NCBI RefSeq assembly: GCF_001194135.2
Contig: NC_068984.1
Coordinates: forward strand, 47,106,816-47,170,815
DNA: 64,000 bases
Source: Octopus bimaculoides
Taxonomy: Eukaryota
Direction: 5' to 3'
Positions 52,205 through 64,000 of the stretch are shown here, piece after piece; within the stretch, counting starts at the first letter, position 1; the number at the start of each line of letters is the position of its first letter. Both the position numbers and the translations under genes were made by a program. The notes under the pieces are model-generated. The model saw only the letters and a list, made by a program, of their open reading frames with translations. It was not told the origin of the DNA and ran no database searches.

Positions 52205-52390
52205 TTCTTGTATTCTTTCACTTTTACTTGTTTCAGCCATTTGACTGCGGCCTTGCTGGAGCACCGCCTTAAAGGCTCTTAGTCGAAGAAATCTTTGTAA
52301 GCCAAACACTTATTTCATCGATAGCTCTCGACAAACCGTCAGATCACGGGGACATGAAAACACACCAGGATTGCTTCTCAAGCGATGGCG
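52205..52390 (-). mobile_element. SINE family A, 3' part
   Basis: ttttacttgtttcagccatttgactgcggccttgctggagcaccgcc...cacggggacat.aaaacacacc. Confidence 0.75.
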
Positions 52391-52443
52391 ACACGCTCAC
52401 ATAAATACACACACAAACTCACACATATTCATATATACACATA

Positions 52444-52484
<41 letters not shown>

Positions 52485-52848
52485 GTTTATATATATAGGT
52501 GTGTGTTGTCTCTACGTATGTTTTACCTGAATATACATGTAAGTGTATGTGTGTGTGTATGTTTGCGTATACATATATTCTTACTAATAGATTTGTTCAT
52601 TCTTTCTTTTCATGTGTCTATACCCATCTTTATTCACATCTTAGAATTAATCTTATTTGCATTGTGGGAGGAGCCCGTGAATTCCATCCTCCACATATAT
52701 GTTTTCTCTTTATTAACGAATATATATTTAAATGTATTTGTTTTCCCAACAAAATTACACTTCATGTTTGAGATTTCACTGAGGCCTTAAGCATTGCGAG
52801 AAAGAAATCCTGGCGTAGAAATATCTACTTAGGCTTCAGAACGAAGTA

Positions 52849-52884
<36 letters not shown>

Positions 52885-53040
52885 TTCCCGAATTTGTGTA
52901 AATGTGTCTAGAATAACATATCAGTTGAATAAAGTTACAGCAAGGTCTGGTTTTCACGTTTTTTATTATTGTATTTTTAAAAGAGTACAATATTGAGGTG
53001 TATTAAATATTAAAAAATATTTTGTAATGTTCATAAAGTT

Positions 53041-53080
53041 AAATTAGAGCTTTTATACGTTCGTAGTAATCATCAGATTT
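53041..53080 (-). ncRNA. Decayed minimal hammerhead-like motif downstream of the PLE GIY-YIG fragment
   Basis: Minus strand reads AAAU CUGAUGA U UAC-uacgaac-GUA U AAAA G cu C UA/AUUU; only G12 of the core is substituted. Confidence 0.45.
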
Positions 53081-53399
53081 CAAAATGTATTGAATGACAG
53101 CTGAGTTGAGTACTTGACAACTGTAGTAAAATGACTGACTTCTTTCTTTTTATATTTTTTAGTATGCTCTGAGAACCTGAATTTTTCGAATACACTTTTG
53201 ACCAAACAGCGTGCAACTTAAACGTCACGAATTGCTGAGGGCACCGACATTGCTGGCATAGATCCCGCCTTTATTTTAACCTATTAGCTTGCAGTTTACA
53301 TGTAATGGTTTTTATGAGTGAGCAAATTTAGTTGGTTTCGATCGTTTTAATTTCACTCGGTGGAAGTCTTCTGTAATTTGCTTTTATTCATGTGCTAAT

Positions 53400-53900
53400 G
53401 ATATTTTTCAATCCACATCATTAACTGGTTATCATATTATTATCAGTATTTCCGTTCAGAAAAGGTTTGAATATTTTAATGAAAAGTTTTTACTTTGTCT
53501 TTCTTCCAACCTCATTTGTGGCACGTAGTTTGTGGAAAGGAAAAATTAGAAACAGTTTCTGACCACATGTTTGTATATGTTCGCTCAATGGAATTTGGCG
53601 AATATTAGTGTTCCGGATCTGTTGTCTGTGAACTGAGTGTTATGATAATGCATTCCCTGTCTCGCCAATGTATAGTTGCTCGTAATTAAGGCACTTAAAG
53701 CAGTAGATCAAATTTCTGCTTTTGCAGTTCATATCTGCATTTGTGAAAATCTGTCTATTTTCTTGTTCTACCGTATCAAGAAGTATGAATGTATTGACAC
53801 GTTCCACATCTGCTATTGTACTTGGATAATGTGAATGTTTCATTCTGTTTGTTCATGTTGAATTTCTGTAGGTTATGTAGCTACCTTTTGCTTAAGCTAA
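53400..53900 (-). mobile_element. Penelope-like element, GIY-YIG endonuclease fragment
   Basis: MNCKSRNLIYCFKCLNYEQLYIGETGNAL...HRQQIRNTNIRQIPLSEHIQTCG matches the PLE GIY-YIG consensus (C.S.N.IY...C..C...YIGET...R...H). Confidence 0.8.
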
Positions 53901-54038
53901 GTATTTCTGAAGTTCGGATTACTACCAACATCACAAGAAAGGCTTAGTTAGTGCGTTCGAAATTTGAAGTAACATGAAATCCAAATCAAACGTATGTGTG
54001 TATGTATGTGTGTGTGTGTGTTTGGGTGTGTGTGTGTA

Positions 54039-54069
<31 letters not shown>

Positions 54070-55519
54070 GTGTGTGTGTGTGTGTGTGGTCGATTGTTCT
54101 TTTAGCATCCGTTTATCCATGCGATCATTTATTGGATAGCTCTCCCTTTCGTCGGCAGTTTTAAGCTGAATGTTAGTCCTGTCACCAACTCCAAACTTTA
54201 TTTTTTCAAATAACAGATTCTTTCATTTTCCATTAGTCTTTAGAAATGCAGAGCAACGAAGTAATGGGTCACTTGCAAAGACAAGTTTTTGAAAAAAAAT
54301 TAACATTGTTTTATCGTCAAATCAACCTGTATGTCATCACGAATATAACAATAAATTTTTATTAATTAGGTGACATTTTCCAATTATACACAACTTTCAT
54401 AAATTCTTAAAGCAAATAACGTGGAGGAAATCTGTAATTTTCTTAATGAGTCTTGCTCCCTGCTCCAATATTTGAATCCATAAGGCCACATGTCCTCTGT
54501 AACTTTAATTTTACGTAACGTAATTAATGGAAGAAGACATCATAATTAATAAACGCTTCATTGTATAGACTTATCTTTAATTTACTGAATGTGATTCAGC
54601 ATCCTCACCTGACTTCATCTAGTACAACTAGTATCTTAATATCGCCGGACTCTGACAACTTCACATACGGTTTTAAGAATATGAAAACGTAAAGCGGAGA
54701 AACAAAACAGATTATAGAAAAACCGGATAATTTCATCAATTTGTAAACATTTTATGAAAAGCAATTTTTTTTTCAAAGAAGCTTAAAAACAAAATAAAAT
54801 ATCTCTCACAGTTTTAGCAATATATTTTGCGTTATTGTACAAACATGATAATAATGTTTGAAGAATATTGTTTATTTATTTGTTCGTCTCCTTTTCTTTT
54901 GTTCACGTATAAAATAGTAATATGGCTTGGAAGTAAAATGAAGATATTTCAAAGAAGAAAAAAACTCACACTCGCTTCAACACACACATACATAGAACGA
55001 AAATAAATTGAATTAAGAATCTGCTAAATCATTTTTTTTTTCTTTTTTAATTCTAGATTTAAATTCTAGAAAAATTCCCAAACGAAAGACATTAAGAAAA
55101 TATATCCATAATTTAATGAAATACATAAGTAAATATGGGAAATAGTTTACTATTTCCATAGTTAAAGTAAAATGCTACATATGAAGAGGGAATAAACACG
55201 TGATTATTTGTAAACATGTTTGTTGGAAAGATAAATTTAAAACTTAATAATTTATTTATAATTTGTGGACATAAATCAAAGTTCCGCGAAATAAATTTCA
55301 CGAAGTGAAAAGCTAAACACAAAGCAAGAAATAAGAATGTTAACGTATAAAGTAAATAAGTATNNNNNNNNNNCTTATACGTATATATGTGTATATGTTT
55401 ACTTTTATATACATATTATTTATATTTAAATCTTACTTTATTCATATATTTAAAAATTTAAAACGCATGTCAATGACCAATATTTATATATATTATATAT
55501 ATTTAATTCTTATTTATAT

Positions 55520-56230
55520 TTGCAAATCACATGTCGCCCAGTGTGTGAAAAAATAATTTTTTCGATAATGCCTAAAAATCGACAGACTGGTTCCAATGTA
55601 CCCAAACAGTTTAATATTGCAAACTTTAAATTATCAATCAACTTGCAAAGATTCCACGACGCTATAGAAAATATCAATCTTGACCCAAACAATCTATGGG
55701 GAGATTTCAAAGCAAAAGTATTTCAGGCTGCAAGTTCGTCTGAGATTTAAATCATGTAAGTCCAGTGACTGGTTCTCAAATAGATCAGGAGAAATTCATG
55801 ATCTACTATTAGAAAAACAAAACTTAGGCAATACACTTCTTTCTTAGTCCTTGAACCTCAACTAATACGAACCATACAGAGAGCTGAAAGGGAAAGTGCA
55901 GATTGCTCTAAGGAAAATTAAGGAATGATAGAGCAAAAGGGGCACAAGAAGCAGCTGATAGAAACGATGCCAAGGGTTTGTACTGTTATGTTAAAGAGGT
56001 ATATAGCCCAATATCTTCTTCAAAAGCACCAGTGAGAACAGCAAGTGGACGTTTGCTTCTGACTGGCACCGCTTCTATTCATAAGCCCTGGGTAGAACAT
56101 TTTTCTGCATTTTTGAATAGACTACAATCCGCAGACATGGGGACGATAGAAAAAATCGAACACCTTCCAGTTATAGAAAGATGGCAATGGAACCAACTCT
56201 AAATGACATTTATTTAGCAGTGAATAAGCT
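55520..56230 (+). mobile_element. RTE-clade LINE, linker between endonuclease and RT
   Basis: QEAADRNDAKGLYCYVKEVYSPISSSKAPVRTASGRLLLT...WVEHFSAFLNR...EPTLNDIYLAVNKL, typical of RTE/BovB-like elements; frameshifted. Confidence 0.9.
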
Positions 56231-56998
56231 ATATATATATATATATATATNNNNNNNNNNNNNNNNNNNNNNNNNNNNNNNNNNNNNNNNNNNNNNNNNN
56301 NNNNNNNNNNNNNNNNNNNNNNNNNNNNNNNNNNNNNNNNNNNNNNNNNNNNNNNNNNNNNNNNNNNNNNNNNNNNNNNNNNNNNNNNNNNNNNNNNNNN
56401 NNNNNNNNNNNNNNNNNNNNNNNNNNNNNNNNNNNNNNNNNNNNNNNNNNNNNNNNNNNNNNNNNNNNNNNNNNNNNNNNNNNNNNNNNNNNNNNNNNNN
56501 NNNNNNNNNNNNNNNNNNNNNNNNNNNNNNNNNNNNNNNNNNNNNNNNNNNNNNNNNNNNNNNNNNNNNNNNNNNNNNNNNNNNNNNNNNNNNNNNNNNN
56601 NNNNNNNNNNNNNNNNNNNNNNNNNNNNNNNNNNNNNNNNNNNNNNNNNNNNNNNNNNNNNNNNNNNNNNNNNNNNNNNNNNNNNNNNNNNNNNNNNNNN
56701 NNNNNNNNNNNNNNNNNNNNNNNNNNNNNNNNNNNNNNNNNNNNNNNNNNNNNNNNNNNNNNNNNNNNNNNNNNNNNNNNNNNNNNNNNNNNNNNNNNNN
56801 NNNNNNNNNNNNNNNNNNNNNNNNNNNNNNNNNNNNNNNNNNNNNNNNNNNNNNNNNNNNNNNNNNNNNNNNNNNNNNNNNNNNNNNNNNNNNNNNNNNN
56901 NNNNNNNNNNNNNNNNNNNNNNNNNNNNNNNNNNNNNNNNNNNNNNNNNNNNNNNNNNNNNNNNNNNNNNNNNNNNNNNNNNNNNNNNNNNNNNNNNN

Positions 56999-57177
56999 TG
57001 TGTACCTGTTTGAACAATAATGAAAGAGCGATGTTTTTTTTATTTGTATATGTATTTTATGCTTCTTTAAGTCAGTGGTAACCTTTTGTTGTAAGTTTTG
57101 CGAATGGGATTTAATTTATTTACTTATATGTGCTTCGGTATTTTTGTTTAAATATGGCGTGTATTTGTGCGTATATA

Positions 57178-57216
<39 letters not shown>

Positions 57217-58383
57217 ATTGCTTTTCAGTCTTTTTTGTCTCTGGCCAAAGGGCATTAAACATATTTCCGTTCATATCGTGAAAATACACTTGTTTTTGTT
57301 CATGTGTTTATATTTGAGTATCAGTCTGTCTACGAAAGGTAATTTTCTTTGTGGAGAATACGTGCTACATAAATAAATTAATATAACTGTCTATATAAGC
57401 ATCTGAATTTTTCTATTTTAGACACTTCATATTTTATTGATGATAGAATGGTCTGAACTTAGAGACCAGGAGTCGAATCCGTGAACTATTTCTTGCAGGA
57501 ACGAAGCTTTTTAAGACTTGTCAGTTTCCCAGAACTATAAGTAAATTCTAAGTTTTCCCTTAAGGTATGTTTCCAAAAATATAATTTCATAAACGGAAAG
57601 AAACCAGATTCCCTACAGCAAATATTTCTTTGCCTTTCTAAATCATTCTTCAATAGTTCTGTTGTATGTGTGTGTGTATGTGTGTGCCAGTGTGGGTATG
57701 TATANNNNNNNNNNGGGTAGAAGAGTAGAGATTGAGGCACTGAGAAAGAAACAGCAGTATTAGAAGTGGTGGTAACTGAAGAGGGAGTTGTGATGAGGAG
57801 GTGTAGAGTGGGAGTCGAATGCATATGTATGGGAGAGAAAATGAATTAGTTGGTACTTAAGCTGTTTGATGAAATGGGTAAAGACTTTGACGATTGGATT
57901 AAGCGGGTACGGCTGCGAGAGTGGTTTAGCGTGTGGAAGTGTTATTGTTGGGGTTGAGGGGTGGAATTGATAAGCAGAGAGCTAAGTTAGACGATACGGT
58001 GCCGTACTATCCTATCAAATGACGAAACCACAGATTTGCAGAGACCTATTTTTAACATATCATATGCCAGATTTTATATGTTGCAACTTTCTATTCAGAG
58101 TGTTTAAATGAGAACACAAAATGCAAATATTTTACTCCCATGTGACTGAGAATTTGTTAATATAGTGAGGTCTGAATATATATAGTTTGTGTACCTGTTT
58201 GAACAATAATGAAAGAGCGATGTTTTTTTTATTTGTATATGTATTTTATGCTTCTTTAAGTCAGTGGTAACCTTTTGTTGTAAGTTTTGCGAATGGGATT
58301 TAATTTATTTACTTATATGTGCTTCGGTATTTTTGTTTAAATATGGCGTGTATTTGTGCGTATATATCTGTGTGTGTGTGTGT
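56999..58383. repeat. 196-bp exact direct duplication (56999-57194 and 58188-58383), both copies abutting gaps
   Basis: Identical sequence at offset 1189. Confidence 0.9.
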
Positions 58384-59334
58384 NNNNNNNNNNNNNNNNN
58401 NNNNNNNNNNNNNNNNNNNNNNNNNNNNNNNNNNNNNNNNNNNNNNNNNNNNNNNNNNNNNNNNNNNNNNNNNNNNNNNNNNNNNNNNNNNNNNNNNNNN
58501 NNNNNNNNNNNNNNNNNNNNNNNNNNNNNNNNNNNNNNNNNNNNNNNNNNNNNNNNNNNNNNNNNNNNNNNNNNNNNNNNNNNNNNNNNNNNNNNNNNNN
58601 NNNNNNNNNNNNNNNNNNNNNNNNNNNNNNNNNNNNNNNNNNNNNNNNNNNNNNNNNNNNNNNNNNNNNNNNNNNNNNNNNNNNNNNNNNNNNNNNNNNN
58701 NNNNNNNNNNNNNNNNNNNNNNNNNNNNNNNNNNNNNNNNNNNNNNNNNNNNNNNNNNNNNNNNNNNNNNNNNNNNNNNNNNNNNNNNNNNNNNNNNNNN
58801 NNNNNNNNNNNNNNNNNNNNNNNNNNNNNNNNNNNNNNNNNNNNNNNNNNNNNNNNNNNNNNNNNNNNNNNNNNNNNNNNNNNNNNNNNNNNNNNNNNNN
58901 NNNNNNNNNNNNNNNNNNNNNNNNNNNNNNNNNNNNNNNNNNNNNNNNNNNNNNNNNNNNNNNNNNNNNNNNNNNNNNNNNNNNNNNNNNNNNNNNNNNN
59001 NNNNNNNNNNNNNNNNNNNNNNNNNNNNNNNNNNNNNNNNNNNNNNNNNNNNNNNNNNNNNNNNNNNNNNNNNNNNNNNNNNNNNNNNNNNNNNNNNNNN
59101 NNNNNNNNNNNNNNNNNNNNNNNNNNNNNNNNNNNNNNNNNNNNNNNNNNNNNNNNNNNNNNNNNNNNNNNNNNNNNNNNNNNNNNNNNNNNNNNNNNNN
59201 NNNNNNNNNNNNNNNNNNNNNNNNNNNNNNNNNNNNNNNNNNNNNNNNNNNNNNNNNNNNNNNNNNNNNNNNNNNNNNNNNNNNNNNNNNNNNNNNNNNN
59301 NNNNNNNNNNNNNNNNNNNNNNNNNNNNNNNNNN

Positions 59335-59387
<53 letters not shown>

Positions 59388-59754
59388 TTCCTATCCATTG
59401 AAGGTAATTGATCTCAAGCTTAACTTTCTTGGATTCGTCTAACAAGTATATTTCGTTATCGAGGTGTTAGTCATCTTATATTTTATCAAATTATCCACGT
59501 TAACCAGATTGGAAGGTCTTTTATTGTAATTTATGATGTTTGTGTGTGTATATGCAAGTATGTATGTATGGATGTATGTATGTATACATTAATGCATACA
59601 TGAATGTCATTCACTTTTATTTCAAGATTTCTTCTCTGTAGAGAAAGACCGGGTTTCTAACCAATATTCAAGGCACCTTCCTTGGAATTTCAAAAATATC
59701 CAAGGAGCACTTTTGTATGTATGCGTGTAAATGTGCAGATTTGTATACACTTTA

Positions 59755-59870
59755 CCCTTTACTCTTTTAATTGTTTCAGTCATTTGACTGCGGCCATGCT
59801 AAAGCACCGCCTTTAGTCGAACAAATCGACCCCAGGACTTATTCTTTGTAAGTCTAGTACATATTTTATC
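59755..59870 (-). mobile_element. SINE family A 3' tail (duplicated at 60671-60771)
   Basis: ttgtttcagtcatttgactgcggccatgctaaagcaccgcctttagtcga. Confidence 0.85.
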
Positions 59871-59872
59871 GT

Positions 59873-60078
59873 GGAGGCGCAATGGTCCAGTGGTTAGGGC
59901 AGCGGACTCGCGGTCATAGGATCGCGGTTTCGATTCCCAGACCGGGCGTTGTGAGTGTTTATTGAGCGAAAACACCTAAAGCTCCACGAGGATCCGGCAT
60001 GGAATGGTGGCGAACCCTGCTGTACTCTTTCACCACACCTTTCTCTCACTCTTACTTCCTGTTTCTGTTGTGCCTGTA
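59873..60078 (+). mobile_element. SINE family C, 5' part (truncated by a gap)
   Basis: Same head as the copy at 60774. Confidence 0.85.
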
Positions 60079-60773
60079 NNNNNNNNNNNNNNNNNNNNNN
60101 NNNNNNNNNNNNNNNNNNNNNNNNNNNNNNNNNNNNNNNNNNNNNNNNNNNNNNNNNNNNNNNNNNNNNNNNNNNNNNNNNNNNNNNNNNNNNNNNNNNN
60201 NNNNNNNNNNNNNNNNNNNNNNNNNNNNNNNNNNNNNNNNNNNNNNNNNNNNNNNNNNNNNNNNNNNNNNNNNNNNNNNNNNNNNNNNNNNNNNNNNNNN
60301 NNNNNNNNNNNNNNNNNNNNNNNNNNNNNNNNNNNNNNNNNNNNNNNNNNNNNNNNNNNNNNNNNNNNNNNNNNNNNNNNNNNNNNNNNNNNNNNNNNNN
60401 NNNNNNNNNNNNNNNNNNNNNNNNNNNNNNNNNNNNNNNNNNNNNNNNNNNNNNNNNNNNNNNNNNNNNNNNNNNNNNNNNNNNNNNNNNNNNNNNNNNN
60501 NNNNNNNNNNNNNNNNNNNNNNNNNNNNNNNNNNNNNNNNNNNNNNNNNNNNNNNNNNNNNNNNNNNNNNNNNNNNNNNNNNNNNNNNNNNNNNNNNNNN
60601 NNNNNNNNNNNNNNNNNNNNNNNNNNNNNNNNNNNNNNNNNNNNNNNNNNNNNNNNNNNNNNNNNNNNNNATTGTTTCAGTCATTTGACTGCGGCCATGC
60701 TAAAGCACCGCCTTTAGTCGAACAAATCGACTCCAGGACTTATTCTTTGTAAGTCTAGTACATATTTTATCGT

Positions 60774-61146
60774 GGAGGCGCAATGGTCCAGTGGTTAGGG
60801 CAGCGGACTCGCGGTCATAGGATCGCGGTTTCGATTCCCAGACCGGGCGTTGTGAGTGTTTATTGAGCGAAAACACCTAAAGCTCCACGAGGCTCCGACA
60901 GGGGATTGTGACGAACCCTGCTGTACTCTTTCACCACAACTTTCTCTCACTCTTCCTTCCTGTTTCTGTTGTACCTGTAGTTCAAAAGGTCACCCTTGTC
61001 ACACTGTGTCACGCTGAATATCCCCGAGAACTACGTCAAGGGTACATGTGTCAGTCACTTGCATGTTAATTTCACGAGCAGGCTGTTCCATTGATCTGAT
61101 CAACTGGTACACTCGACGTCCTAAGCGACGGAGTGCCAACAACAAC
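60774..61146 (+). mobile_element. SINE family C, full-length tRNA-derived SINE with (AAC)n tail
   Basis: A box TGGTCCAGTGG, B box GTTTCGATTCC, anticodon-arm-like gcggacTCGcggtc (tRNA-Arg-like), tail gtgccaacaacaac. Confidence 0.88.
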
Positions 61147-63228
61147 AGCTATGGCAGTATGTATGTATGTATGAATGAATGTATGTATGTATGTATGTAT
61201 GCATGTATGTGTGTGTGTGTATGTATGTATGTATGTACGTACTATGTATGTATGTATGTATTCATGTACTCATGTATGTATGTATGTATGTATGTATGTA
61301 TGTATATGTATGCATGCTTATATGCGAGGTCATCTAGAATCAATGATGGAATGTCTGTTCGATTTGTGGTGTCTTGAATCATTAACGAAAGAATTAACAA
61401 GACTGAAGTTGCAGGATACTTGCTGCTAAACACGAACACTTGTTGTTCTTGTACTGGTTCAGCCTTTTCAATCTTGGTCAGATTTATTTAAGATATCTCC
61501 ATATTTTTCTATATATTCTGGTTAGTCAGACTCTTCCTTCTCTTTTCTCTTTGACCTTAACGGCCTGCTATTGGCATTCATATATTGCTTTTTGTCTTCG
61601 AAGTAGAAGTATCTGAAACATCAAATGTTAAATCTTCACAACGGACTAATAATTCTTTTATGTTTATGTACAAAACTTTAATTGTTGCCATGGCTTGTGT
61701 TCTATCTCTGTTGCCATGGAAATGTATCCCAGTTACGCCAAGAGTAGTTTACAAGCAACTATGCAAACTTTTCCTTGTAAATATGTTTTGTGTTAGTGTT
61801 TGTATCTGTGTGTGTGTATCACTTGACTGATAATCTCTGTTTTTTTATGGCAAATCTGTTTCTCCCAAATGGAGCATCATCTGTTTCAACAAGCAATTTC
61901 ACATCAAGAACCTTCCAAAACAAACTTTAAAATATTTCTTTAGGAAAATAGTCTACAAGTCTCCGCTGTTGTTGCTATCGTTGTGTTTTTCTTTTTTTTT
62001 AGCCTAATCTATTGTTCCTAATAGATCTATAAATGAACGCAATCAGCTATAACAATCTCATTCATTTATCGAGCATATCATATATAGAGCTATATTTTAA
62101 TGAGTGCGTCTCTTTTTTGCACTGTGATAGGCGTGTAATATATGGCTGATTTAGAACTTTGAATACCCATGAAAATGTGCCTTCAGTACCTAGATTCCGA
62201 TCATCTATAATAACGCATTCTAGCAATTATCATCATGATTAGTTCTTGGGCTTTGGATACGTTATACATATATTGCTACGATTCCAAATTAAATCTTGTA
62301 TATCATTTTTCTAATGACATAAGGTGAATTATGGGAAGTTCCCCTGCTATGCGTTTGCTATTTCGAGAAAATCGAGCGACTATGTATTGGCTTTTGTTGA
62401 ATGAATTATCATTTGAATGTGGTGGTGTACATTTATTTCACTTCATCACTCTGCTTTCAGATTCCTTAACTGCAATCTTTATGGTTTCCCATTGACTTTC
62501 TCTACAGCTTATCTGATGCAGCAGATACCAATCATGTTAGTAGCTGAGCATAATAGATTATACCAGAGGCAGAGAACCGGCAAGTGAATCTTTGGATTTT
62601 GTATTAAAAATTCTGTTGAGTAAAAAGGACGATATTAATCAATTCTATGTGTGTGTGTATTTCTCTGTATGTGCTTTTCTATATGTATGTGTGTGTATGT
62701 GCGTGCGTGTGCGCGCGCGCGTAACTGTACATATGTATCTATGCAACTAGGTATATATGTATGAATACATACATATATATATANNNNNNNNNNNNNNNNN
62801 NNNNNNNNNNNNNNNNNNNNNNNNNNNNNNNNNNNNNNNNNNNNNNNNNNNNNNNNNNNNNNNNNNNNNNNNNNNNNNNNNNNNNNNNNNNNNNNNNNNN
62901 NNNNNNNNNNNNNNNNNNNNNNNNNNNNNNNNNNNNNNNNNNNNNNNNNNNNNNNNNNNNNNNNNNNNNNNNNNNNNNNNNNNNNNNNNNNNNNNNNNNN
63001 NNNNNNNNNNNNNNNNNNNNNNNNNNNNNNNNNNNNNNNNNNNNNNNTAGACAAAGATGAATGTACTGAGGCCGTTGAATCAAAACTATAACGGAAAAAA
63101 AACTTGAAATAAAATATCGACCAAAAGCACAACAACGAAACAAGTTGTTCTGTCCTTAGTTGGTTTCTTGATAATCTGCATGTAAAAGAAGATATACAGT
63201 GACTAAATGAGAACATTTTTTTTTAATT

Positions 63229-64000
63229 ATGACACCACTTCCATTGGCTAAACAAATATGTTACCCATACTTTTATACAAATTATTACACGTACAAAAGG
63301 TTGCATCAACAACAAGAAAATACTTGCAAGATTTCTTTAAAATTTAAGGAGTGCATGCTTGTGCAAAAGGCACCAACGAAAGCCGAACTTTTTACAACCT
63401 TGAAACCAACCGTGGAACCTGACCAAATAAAACCTAAAATGCATATATCTGAACTGAAAAAACATGCATAACAAATTAATATCCCACAATACATTTACAG
63501 TACCAGTGCTGCTCCCAACATTTGGGATACTTGATTGGTATTTAGAGGAAATTCACTCCATAAATATCAAAACCCGCAAAATCCTGACAACAACTGGGAA
63601 CTTCCACAGAAACAGTGATGTTTACAGGCTCTACCTAAGAAGTGCAGATAGCTTTCGAATATTGTATGATATCAGTGCAGATAGCTTTCGAATATTGTAT
63701 GGTATCAGTGCAGATAGCTTTCGATAGCTTTCGAATACTGTATGGTATCAGTGCAGATAGCTTTTGAATACTGTATGGTATCACTCAGGCAGCACCTGCT
63801 AAACAACAGCAGCAAAACAAAATACATTAATGCAGTGCTGAAAAGTGAAGTGAGCAACATTATACGAGTTGACAGTGAACTCCTCAAGAAACACATTCTT
63901 CCTAATGAGCTATAAAGCCTCAAAACAGCTGGGCTCTGTTACCGCAGAAAAAAACCTGGATGGAAAGTACTCACCATACAAAAACAGACCATGCATGTGT
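63229..64000 (+). mobile_element. R4/Dong-type LINE, RT C-terminal region (runs off the window end)
   Basis: HNKLISHNTFTVPVLLPTFGILDWYLEEIHSINIKTRKILTTTGNFHRNSDVYRLYL matches R4/Dong RT domain 7 and thumb (..AINT.A.PVL.Y.FG...W...E...ID.KTRK.L...G..H..SD..RLY). Confidence 0.85.
63641..63782. repeat. 33-bp tandem repeat x4 inside the LINE ORF
   Basis: Unit agtgcagatagctttcgaata(t/c)tgtatg(a/g)tatc; the third unit carries an extra 10-bp gatagctttc. Confidence 0.92.

Noticed and set aside
59873-60850. tRNA-Arg gene(s)
   Set aside because: A and B boxes are present but there is no acceptor-stem closure, and the sequence continues into a SINE body and (AAC)n tail.
63641-63782. CRISPR-like array (33-bp repeats)
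   Set aside because: There are no spacers or cas genes; the context is eukaryotic and inside a LINE ORF.

Overview
AT-rich, microsatellite-saturated, gap-ridden animal DNA. The SINE repertoire and (AT)n/(GT)n density suggest a draft octopus/coleoid cephalopod scaffold (inference). No host protein-coding gene could be supported; nearly all long ORFs in the track are artefacts of N-gaps and microsatellites. The window is mostly decayed mobile elements: RTE, CR1/L2-type, L1/Tx1-type and R4/Dong-type LINE remnants, Penelope-like (PLE) remnants, mariner fragments, two MITEs and many tRNA-derived SINEs of about four families. The most interesting signal is a set of type I hammerhead ribozyme (HHR) motifs in PLE-like/retrozyme-like units. 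One has an intact core inside a ~475-nt terminally redundant unit with a fold-back arm (16851-17579). An inverted pair sits in a 259-bp insertion with an 11-bp TSD (32739-32997). Two decayed minimal motifs lie at 39799 and 53041. Also notable are a MITE with an 8-bp TSD built around a (CCCTAA)n/(TTAGGG)n palindrome, and a LINE whose 3' tail is shared with the commonest SINE. Coordinates of degraded elements are approximate and were read by eye.
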